Shown here: positions 53,781-64,000 of the stretch, piece by piece
How positions within the stretch are numbered: the first letter of the stretch is position 1
How the letters are laid out: every line of letters starts with the position of its first letter
From: Dimorphilus gyrociliatus
Lineage: Eukaryota > Animalia > Annelida
Direction: 5' to 3'
Length of the DNA stretch: 64,000 nucleotides
Assembly (NCBI GenBank): GCA_904063045.1
Contig: CAJFCJ010000012.1
Location: forward strand, 2,558,498 to 2,622,497
Position numbers and translations under genes: made by a program
Notes under the pieces: model-generated
The model's input: only the letters and a program-made list of their open reading frames with translations
Database searches by the model: none
Told to the model about the DNA's origin: nothing

Positions 53781-56410
53781 AATATGTATATATTCATCTG
53801 TCTATATTGTTTGTTTTTGCGCAATTTTTTCCAAATAGACGTAACGCTGGCCAATTATCTTACAACGATTCTAATCATTCGTCAAATTTCGGGTTTGTTT
53901 TCTTTTATAACATTGCATTCGCACCATGTCGATTATAATCTTATTAATTAATTTTTTTTTATATTATGCTTTTATTTTATTTTAATTAATTTTTTCATTT
54001 GTTCATTTTTTTTTGACGCTTTACTTGGATGAATGCTTCTTTTTATTTAGTGATTTCTCAATAATTTCGAGCGATTCTTTTTAATTATATTACTATTTTA
54101 CATATATAAATTATATGTATATATATATATATAGTATAGCATTCTTGTAAATGTTTAATCGCTTTTTGATTGGTTGAGGAGTTGTTATTGTTTGTTTTAT
54201 TACAAACTATCCTGTTTGTTTATTATTTTTCTTTCTTTTTTTTTTGAATGTTGACGTAAAGATTGAAGCATGCTTAAGTAATTAGGAAATTAAGTAGATT
54301 CTTCCAATTGAGTTCATGTTTGTTTATATCTCTCCTGTCGGAGCTTGAATAAGTTTTAAGGAAGAAGAGAAATAATTGCACAAGTAAAGTATATATATAT
54401 GTATATACTAATATATACTGTATATACTTTACTTTACAAGATCCTCTTTTATTACTTTAATTAGTGTCTAGTGTTGTAAAATTAAAAAATAATTTAATAA
54501 TGGAAAAGAGAAGAAACGACGAAAAAGAAAGAAAGAAAACTATCCAAATCTAATAAAGGTTTTCTTTCTTTCTTTGGTTCTTTTCTTTTTCGGTGAAAAA
54601 TGTTTTTAAAGTTAGAAAAACAACGAAAGAAAAAGATTGTTTTTTTCCTTTTAATGAAAAATGAATGACTTTGGTGAGAAGTTTCATCCGGAAGATTATA
54701 TATTGATATATAGAGAATGAGATAATGGAGAACGAAGTTTTATTACCTTTTCTTCATTATTATTTAAATCTAAAGATAATTGTTGGAAATTAAATAATAG
54801 GCCTAGAAGGAAACTTTTAGTTATTTATTTATTTATATTCAATCTATCTGTCTATCTCTCCCTCTCTCCATCTCTCCATCTATCTATCTCTTCCCACTTC
54901 TAGTCTACCGGAAAACTTCTCACTCTTTAACTTAATTACATTCTCTGGCTGCTTTGCGAAAGAATAAAAAACGTTTTTTTATGTCTTTTTTTATGGAGAA
55001 GTAATATTTATATATATATATCTTTCTTCTTTCTTCCTATTTTACAGTTGCAACACGAATTCCAGGGCTCCTAATCAAATTAGGATTGTCGTTGCCGGAA
55101 CTGATGCTTATATGAATGTTGTATTAAGACCTTACGTGGAACAATTTTCCGCCAAACCTCCAGATTGGCAGGCCTATGTCAAATTTATTTACATACCGCT
55201 ATCTTGTACTTCCACCTTAGCCAAATACCTATCGACAATCGACTCTCTATACGCTAGCTTCTGCGAAGGCCTTTGGAAAGAGTTTTTCGACACGAAAGGC
55301 GATAGTCCTGGTAGGTGATAAATTAACACTCGGGCTTTTTGTTTGTTTCTTCGCTGTTGCTCTATCTCTCTCTCTCTCTCTGTCATTCTGGATTTTTCTC
55401 TTATTCTACTGTTTTCTTATATATACATATATATATATATATACATTTATATACGTTCCAATATATTATAGTCTTTTTCTATTGTACCCTTTTCAGACTC
55501 GAACGAAATTGTTAACAAGTTGCAACGGTACCTGGAGAAATGTCATCATACTGTTCAAATGCCAATCGCTGAAGCTCTAATTGTTCGTAAGGATAAATGG
55601 TTAGCAGATTCGCTATTAAAATAGAGTTGATATACCTATATACTATACACTTATTTATACATGTTTATACGATTTTCCAGCCATTTGGCATTTAATTCGG
55701 AAGACGACTCGAACCGTATCTCTGTACCATTCATCATGGACGTTCGAGTTGGACCTATCGAACTACCAAATGTTAATCTTTGTTCAGTTGACTACGATGA
55801 ATCGTCATCCTCCGTTGTAATGGGACCAAACTCACCACCTAGTTCAACGTCAGGTAGCACGGACCGTCGACAAGAGCATTCGCCACCTGGTTCACCAAAC
55901 TTTAGTGCCAATACAACAACCTCAAATCTTATGTCTCCTAGTGATAATAGAATCGAATTAATCGACCTCCAATTAGATTACTGGCACCCAGCCTCCCTTG
56001 AAACTTGTAAGGAGAGGGAAAAAGAAAAGGAGAAATCCTTTAAGAAAGAAATAAAATGCTCTTTAAAGACTCAATTCAAAAGTGTGCTAATATATAGACT
56101 GATTCTTCCCAATAAAATAAATGATCCTCATTTAATAAGCCTAACCATAGCAACAAAGGAAAAGTCGAAAAAATTAATGAGAATTGGGAAGAAGAATAAG
56201 GAAGAATCAAAGACGCAATTAATGATAAATAGACTGGTGTGCACGACCAAAAGCCAAAGCCAGGCACTTTCTACTCATATAGACGGGCACGAATGGCAGG
56301 CAGTAAAATTCTTCCAGATAAATCCATTATGGCCGACTCACGTCAAATATTTACCATTTTTAATTGCAGTAGATGAATTCAGTTATTCATTGCCCATTAA
56401 TATATCTTAA
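39293..56410 (+). CDS. PACS: Phosphofurin acidic cluster sorting protein; exons 39293-39399, 43236-43323, 45075-45164, 46712-47216, 49213-49442, 51009-51155, 52646-52857, 55048-55310, 55497-55599, 55681-56410
   Basis: PVRMKLFANFDIDKNTSNCMPR, KRALRSEEI, MLQRRKRYRNRTILGYKTLA, an acidic cluster, LRPYVEQFSAKPPDWQ, ELIDLQLDYW, and INRLVCTTK...IDGHEWQAVKFFQINPLWPTHVKYLP. Junction phases are consistent. Confidence 0.95.
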
Positions 56411-56584
56411 AGAAACAATATAACACATACAACCAAACCTTATAAACGCATTCGTACGTACAAACAAACAAACATTCATTCATTCATTCATACATACATA
56501 TTTACCTGCACACGTATATTTATACATTTACAAACAAAACATTTGGTTTTATTATATTAACGATGGCGTTTTGGATGGCATTAA

Positions 56585-56725
56585 TGACTATAATAAGGAT
56601 GCGGATGATAATGATGATGACGATGATGTTGATGACGATAACGATGATGATGATGACGACGATGATGATGATAATAATAATAATAATAATAATAATATTA
56701 ATGATAATTATGATTACTATGATGA
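56585..56725. repeat. Compound (GAT/GAC)n-(AAT)n trinucleotide repeat downstream of the PACS stop
   Basis: Direct inspection; it lies after the PACS stop codon, probably in the 3' UTR. Confidence 0.85.
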
Positions 56726-56857
56726 ACAAAAAAAAAGACAATGCTATTATTTTTTTTTCAATTGAATTTTCTAGTCTTTTCTCTGCCTAATTTGTTTTTA
56801 CATATGTATTTGTATTTGTATTTATGTGTGTAAGAGAGAAGGAGAGGAAAGAAAGTG

Positions 56858-56891
<34 letters not shown>

Positions 56892-58468
56892 TAAGCATTT
56901 AAGGTATATTCCTTATCTACCCATCTATCTGTCTCTCTTTCTTACGCCCTCTCTCTCTCTCTCTCTCTCTCCCTCACTTCCCTCTTCTCTCCGTCTCTCT
57001 TCCTTCCTTCTCGTACTGATTTATATGTTAATTATTTTCATTGTAACAGAAAACTTCTATATTTTGTTTTATTCTTTTTTTTGCGGTGCTTTACGCGTTC
57101 CATTTATCTTTAAAAAAAAATAAAGAAAAAGAAAGAAAAGAGACAAAAAAAGGAAACAAAACGCAGAGCATCAGTAACTAGTAGCTCAATAAGATAATAA
57201 ATAAAATTATGTGTACAAGTATTTTTCATTCTCTCTCTCTCTCTCTCTCTTGTATAACGAAGATGAAAGCAATAAAGCTGAAAGAGCCAAAGGAAAGAAT
57301 ATATGTATATGCCTATATTGCTAACATAATCGTTAATTAATAAGGTGAAAAAGAGAAATTATGATAAGAGAGATACGAATGATAATAGTTTTCTTTTCTT
57401 TGTTGTGTTTGTATAAAGATTGTTTTAAAAGGAAAAATTCCCAATTGTCAATTGTTTAATGCCATATAAATAGAAATGATTTAAAAGAACAAGAAACAAA
57501 AATAGGAGGAAATATACAAAGAACAAATGAATAACGTTTCTTTTATGTTATAATAGAATGAATGAATTAACTAATCAATCAATCAATCAGTCATATATTC
57601 CTTTTTATTTCATTATATTAATATATTAAAGCAATATTTATATATAATATACATTTATTATATAAGTTTTATATAGAAATTCATCTTTTAGCTTTCTTTT
57701 ATTTGCAGTTGTTTCGTTAGAAAAAAGTGTATATTCAAAACTGGCAAAACACATTCATTCAAATCAAATTGACGCCCTTCAGAGTTCGTATCGTTTCTCT
57801 TCTTCTTCTTCTTCTTCCTTTTCCTCTGAGGAAGGCATCTCTCTCTCTACACCCTCCCCTTTTGCCTCCCTTCTTGCTTGTCTGTCATTTTAATTACATT
57901 CATTAACCGACCCTGCTCCGACTAGCGTCTTAATTTAGTCTCTTCAAGTTTTTGTTGCGGAAGCGGCTTTTTTTGCAGTCATGTTCCTATTCATTAGAAA
58001 TATTCTTCCTTCTATTCAAGACAAAGTTCCTTGTTTGACTCCTTTTATATAAACAAAAATATAAATTCTCCAATACTAATTGAGCAAAATCGTTTACGTC
58101 CATTATTCCTCTCTTTTCTTTCTTCCTTCCGTCCTTCCTTCTACAACTCCTAGTTCAGAATTCAATTTGGGTAGACAGTCAATCAATTAATCTGTCACAC
58201 AGGTGAACATTTCCTTTTTCAAGGTCTAAATCCAGTTCCCGTAACTGGTTCAAACCGAGAGGCTAAATTCACATACGCTCTCCCTGATTTATCGTACCAT
58301 ATCTGAAAAGATTATCAAAGTAAAGATTAAAAGGGATAATAGAAGAATAAAGTCTTAAATAAGAAACTATGAGGAATCTGACTATTATGGGATTTGCTTG
58401 AAAACTATAATACTATTCTAAAAAGCTAGATTTAATCCTCTATTTATTTCGGCTTGCTGAGAAAGAAA

Positions 58469-59088
58469 TCATTTTTCAATCAACTCTAAATTCAAGTGAA
58501 TAAACTTGAATTTTTGTTTGTAAGTTTTGTGCAGAAAGTCAACTCGAGTGTTTGTTTTGTGGTGCAAAAGTTTGATTTGTACACTTAGAGAGTAACCAAT
58601 ATAGATGGAGAGAAGGAGGTAGAGAGAGAGAGAGAGAGAAATATAGGGAAAGAAAGAGACAGACAAGCAGAAATAGGCAAAGAGAAAAAAAACAGGGAAA
58701 TCAGCAAGGCAACGAAATTGAAATTGTTTTATTCAACCAATTCTAATAAGTTACCAGTTTATTCTCCGGTGTAAAAGAGAGATACTACACAGATTATGGT
58801 ACAATATATTAAGCTATAATGGAGTGATGCTAAATGTAAACTAAAACTTTTCTACAAACTATCTACATCGTGTTTTTTATACAAATTCCCCATTTTTAAT
58901 TGTGGCTTTTTTTGTGAATATTTTGTAGACTTTGCTATTATTGCTGTTGTTATTTGCTGTGGTTTCTGTTCTTACATTTTTTTAAAAAAAAAAAGAAAAA
59001 CAAGCGTTTTGTGCAATTAAAATTGTAAAAATAAAGAGATAAATAAAAGGAATGAGAAAGTAAATAATAAAATATAAGGGAAAGAGAT

Positions 59089-59119
<31 letters not shown>

Positions 59120-60292
59120 AAAAAAAAACAAATCTATTTCTGACTATTAAAATAGCCACCCTGTTAGCAAAAACTGCATTATTCCACCCGAAAATTCACC
59201 AGCGGATACTGCCTTTCTATCAACTTGCTCCAATAAAACAATTTGGACTGCAGTTTGTAAAAGTGTTTGCTGTTTTAATATTTTTTCATAGGCGTCTCTT
59301 GAAAAATCCTTTCTCCCGTTCCCCGTCATTTTTGTTAATTTCATTCTTTCTTTACCAAATAGCGCTCTTGGCCTATCTGAATTTATATGCGGAAGAGAAT
59401 TTGTAGGAGCGGCAGGAACGCTGAAGAACGTAGTTCCGTGCCGACTGTTGTCGCCATGAGTTGAAACCTTGTGCATTTTAAAACGCGGTAGAGATGGCGC
59501 TATAGTAGCGAAAGAGACGTCCAGGTAGTTTAAATCTTCATCTTTATACGGAGAGTATGCCTCTACATGACTAATCGGCTTTTGTTGGATTAACGTAGAA
59601 ATTCCCTCCTGGTTTTGAGGATTAAAGTGATAATCCACGTCTTTTGTTTATTAATTATTGTAAATCGGATGAGGGTGGGAACAAGATATAGTTTTGTCGA
59701 TAAGTGACAAACTAGAATAAAGTATATATAAAAAAAATAAAGTACTAGGAAAATAAAGAAATATCTCTTCAGACTTTTCTAAATAGAAATTTAATAATAA
59801 GAAACAAAAAGATACAACACGGCACTTTTTTTAAATCAACTTTTTACTTCTATTCGCATTCTTCGCTTTATAATTCAATAAACTTTTTTTCTTTTAAAAA
59901 CAAAAAGAGAGAGAAAGAGAGACAAGTCAATAAATTCGGCTGATGTAAAAGGGAAGGAAGGAAGGAAGGAAGGAAGGAAGGCAGTGAAAGAGAGAGAAAG
60001 AGAGGGAGAGAGAGAGAGCGAAACGTAGGTAGTGTTGAGTGTAAAGGGAAAAAAGAATGATCATAAACTAAAGAGAAGAGAACGATTGGGAAGAAAGAGA
60101 AGATATAAAAAACAAACAGAGTAACCGAGCAATTGAACGTTTGAGTACTAGAAAAGAGGGAGGGAGAGAGAGAGTGAGAAAAGTCAATATTTTGGTTTTA
60201 TTTTTAGATGTAGCAAAACTACGTAATACAACTAAAATTAATTAAAAGAAACGGCTTAGCCAGCAGAAATGAATAAGAAAGAAAGTTAAGAG

Positions 60293-60335
<43 letters not shown>

Positions 60336-63300
60336 GCAAACTAGCCAAAAAACACGGGGGAGTACGAATGAAATATTTCTGGTAGAATGCTAAAAGGTGG
60401 GCGAGAATAATATCTGATTTAAGAGGCGTTCGATAAAAATCGATTACTCTAACTAATCAGGAGATTTCATGAATTATTCACCCAGTTTCAAATTGCCAAT
60501 AATTTACCGAAAAAAACACTACAAATCGATTAGAATAAAAGACTAAAACCAAAGGAAACTTTTAATAAGAAATTACAAAGAGCTAAATATTATTTTCTCT
60601 CTCTCTTTTCTTCCTTCTCTTCCCTTTTTGCTCTATTCTTATCTATCCACTCTCAATTTCAGTCGTAAATGTTTCAAGAGCCGAGCACTTTGTTAAATAT
60701 TAATCATAACAGAAATCCAGATTTTTTTTCCTCCATATGGAAGTGTCTAAATAAAGAGAGAGAGAGAGAGAGAGAAAAGGAGTAAAGGGAGGGGATCGGG
60801 AGGAGGGGCAGCGAGGGGCGAATGGGAGAAGATTATACAATAGCAAAGAAAAGGGGAATAGATCTCTCATTTATTGCTTTATTATCTACTTTCAAAAAGA
60901 GAAAGTCTTTTCTTTCTTTCTTTCTTTCTCTTTTCCTATTTAATCAATAAAGAAATTCAGAGAATCGGGCTAAAAATACCAAAATGAAAAAGTGTATACA
61001 AATATACTTATACTTTTCTCTTACAGCATGAAAAACTGATTAGGAGAAGGTTGAGTAGTTTTTGTAAATATTGATTATTTCGTATGGAATTTTTCATTCA
61101 GGGTTCATTCATTCATTCATTCATTCGTTCATTCTTTCTTTTATTGAGAAATTGCGTTTTTTGTCGTATAAATGATTTCGTACTTTAATAAATATTTCTA
61201 CAATCTGTATACAAATATGTACAGACCCGTTATCGATCTAAATAACGACAAAAGGTTTAGTTCAATTCTGTAACGTCGTAACTCAATCAGCCCCAGACGA
61301 GTAATTTAAATGATCGTTTATTGTCTATTAAAGTGAATACAAGTTAAACACGGGGGCAAAGGATAAACGAAAGAAGATAGAGACAGAGAGATATTCAATC
61401 ATTTTTCATTCCCTTTTTTATAGCCTACACGAACTCTCAACAGTACTATCTATCTATCTATCTATCTAGGCATGTATCAATGTTTCAAACTAGCCAGCTA
61501 CCTATCCATCATCTACGTTCATGCACGCCTTCGCTACGCCTTCAGTCGTTCATTTATTCTCTCTATCATCCACCAACTAACTAACTAACTAACTGACTGA
61601 CTGATTGCCCGCCTACCTGTCCGAAGGAATTCCTAGGAGGTAAACAAATTGAAAAACACTTACCTGTTTGTCAAAAGATTGAGAGATCAATTCGAACGTC
61701 TTCATTCTAGCGGAATTCTTTCTATTCTGTAACTGGCTGTCAGAGTAAATAAATACATTTAATATATAGAATTTGATAGTGCACATATTTAACGGAGGAA
61801 TAATTCAATAGGTCAATAGATATATGTTTGCATTGAAAATACACTTGGAAAATCGATACGGCAGAAAATAGGGGAAAAAAACGTTGCCAATTTATTTTTT
61901 TGGTCTGAAAAACAGTTCAGCAAAAATTTTCCTCTCTTATCTACTTCTCTTATCGGATCGAATAGAGTATGTTTTAAATCTATCTTATCGACATTCTACT
62001 CTTGTTATCCTCCTATTATATCGGTAATTACATTTTCTAATATCATCAACAACAACTTACAGTGAAGTCGTCTTTTTCGTCAACAGAGAGTGAGTTGTTG
62101 AACTGGTCGCTTGGGTTGTTGGAGGATGAGAGGAGGAATTCGAGGTTATGTTAGCTGCTGCGGCTGCTACTCCAGACGCCGCACCCATTGGTTTTCTTAC
62201 AGAAATCACGTTGGAAGGCGTACCCGGTTGAACGGTCAGATTAAGAGGTATTCGTCTTTCTCCAGCGCTATTTAGCCTACTCTTTTCGGCAGAATCCAAT
62301 AGGGGAAGAGTAGGAGAACCAAGAGGTTGGGATGAACACCGGATATGTGTGAAGGTGGGTTGTTGCCTAATACCGTAGGAGGTATAAGTAACATCGTTGC
62401 GATACTGTTCAATATAGTTGGAAGAGTCTGTAAAATAGAGGAGAGAGAAAAGTAGAGTAGAGTGTTGAGAATAATTCCGATTTGTTTAAATATTAGATAA
62501 AAGTGTGAGAGAGAGATATATATATATATATATATTATAAAGGATTATCTTACTAAAACACAAGAAAGAAGGGCAAATATGAAAATATAGCGAATAACCT
62601 AGTAGAAAATCCTTAAAACTAATATATTTAAAGGCTTTATTTCACCTTTTATATGTTTGGATATAAAAAGTATATGGTTTATATAAATAATAAAGTGTAT
62701 ATAGCATATTAATATTATAATTATTATTATACTTTATATAAAAAAAACAGTATTATTAGCAAATTCTTCTCCTCTTCAATTTATCCCTCTCAATTGAAAA
62801 CAAATAGTTAATTAAATATTCATTCATTCATTCATTCACTCATTCTTTCATTTTATCTACTATCTGCCTATCTATCTATCTAACGTATCTATATTTTTCT
62901 ATTCTGTACAGTCAGCATACAAACCTTTAAAATGCTTAAATGGAACTTCTATATTCTTTTGTCTTTTATAGCCAAACGACTGGGAAAGATCTCTAAATTG
63001 TGGTCTGTGAGAACTCTTCTCCAAACCTAGTTCGATCTTTCTCAACCTTATCTTTGAATTTGGAATCCAAGCACCAAAAAGGTCAGTACCTTTCTTATTA
63101 TAATCCAAACTATTCACTTTTTGAACTTCGTCTAATCTGACTAGTTTCTCTTTACTCTCCTTTTCAACGAGGAAACTATGCGCGTGTTCTTCTCCTCCAT
63201 TTTTTTTCATTCTAAACAAACGACAACTACTCTAAAATTCTTCTACCCCTCTTTCCCCTCTTCCCCCTTTTGTCCCTTTCCTCTACGGTTGGTTGGAGTA

Positions 63301-63589
63301 GCTAATTGCAAAGCCTGCCAGTCCGTTTCGCTCTTTCTCTCTCTTCCCTTTGCTCTCCTCTCTTTCGTAGCTTGAAATGTCAAACCTTTTTCTTTCACTA
63401 ACTATATTCCTATATTTTCAATCGATACCTTTTCAATTTGAAACCTTGGCATGTTAGTATTGCTTGCCAATTGAATTAATGCTCTCTAATCTTAGTTTTG
63501 CCTTTCTAATCCAGAGGGAGCCCTCCCTGCTTAGCAACAATATACTACCTGCGGCGTGATACAATTTGTATCAAAGCTAGTGCTGCCAT
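58469..63589 (-). CDS. Uncharacterised protein of about 443 aa, tentatively a divergent FAM124-like protein; exons 63549-63589, 62925-63211, 62061-62427, 61664-61736, 59160-59608, 58469-58583
   Basis: Six exons join in consistent phase with GT-AG junctions. Blocks FGAWIP, LIQQKPISH, FATIAPSLP, FGKERMKLT, YEKILKQ and IMQFLL resemble remembered FAM124 blocks in order. Start codon and last exon are less certain. Confidence 0.6.
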
Positions 63590-64000
63590 CAAGCGATTAC
63601 CAGATTTGTTTAATGAAACTTTTTTCTTTTAAGTATGTCATAGCTGTAGTCGAATATGCAAATTGTTGTCTGTATCCTATATTTATCTCTCTCTCTCTCG
63701 CTCTAAAAGCAATTGATCTATGAATAGTAAAGAAATGACTTTTTATCAAGATACAGATGCTTGGAAAGTACAATCAAATGATAAAGATTAGGGAAGAAGA
63801 AATAGTATCAAATACAAAGATTATCCGACTATCTTACTGTTTTATTAATTTAAAAAAAGGAAGCAATAGGTGTTTTTTTTTTGGAATTATTTACAGTTCA
63901 GTTTGTCATCTGTCCACGTAGTGTGTTTTTAAAAAAATCGTATTAGTGGCCAATGTAGCGAGGCGTCCTTTAGATAAGGAAAAATTACCGCCAGAGGCAA

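Noticed and set aside
56571-56790. Poly-Asp/Asn and poly-Met/Ile ORFs
   Set aside because: They are translations of a (GAT)n/(AAT)n microsatellite downstream of the PACS stop, with no splice context.
61617-61663. 16-nt microexon behind a 31-nt intron in the FAM124-like gene
   Set aside because: The intron is much shorter than others here, and a phase-0 acceptor at 59609 joins the flanking exons without it.
1-64000. CRISPR arrays, tRNA/rRNA genes, transposase or reverse transcriptase ORFs, horizontally acquired bacterial genes
   Set aside because: None was recognisable by eye; all substantial ORFs belong to animal gene families. A tRNAscan-SE, Infernal or RepeatModeler run would be needed to exclude small or decayed elements.

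Overview
AT-rich, microsatellite-rich, gene-dense eukaryotic (invertebrate animal, plausibly spiralian; taxon not determinable from this window) genomic DNA using the standard code. Most introns are about 55-100 nt; PACS has kb-scale introns. Spliced models were rebuilt by hand from GT-AG junctions and reading-frame phase. In order: SLC6 transporter (-), a possible tiny GPI-type secreted protein (-), M14 carboxypeptidase (+) with a tandem pseudogenised paralog, two convergent intronless class A GPCRs, a CPT1-like carnitine acyltransferase (+), a KIAA2012-like protein (-), a 2-TM protein (+), a 3-domain Kazal inhibitor (-), an orphan single-pass receptor with a Tyr-rich tail (+), a GPI-type ADP-ribosyl cyclase of the CD38/CD157 family (+), ZFAND3 (-) head-to-head with PACS (+), and a divergent FAM124-like gene (-). 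I found no CRISPR array, tRNA/rRNA gene or recognisable transposon. I see no clearly new multi-gene system. The best leads are protein-level: a cyclase carrying a natural E146A-equivalent plus a GC-AG intron flanked by a direct repeat, a CPT1-like enzyme lacking both known malonyl-CoA sensitivity determinants, and a head-to-head Kazal inhibitor/Tyr-motif receptor pair. All family assignments come from remembered motifs, not database searches.
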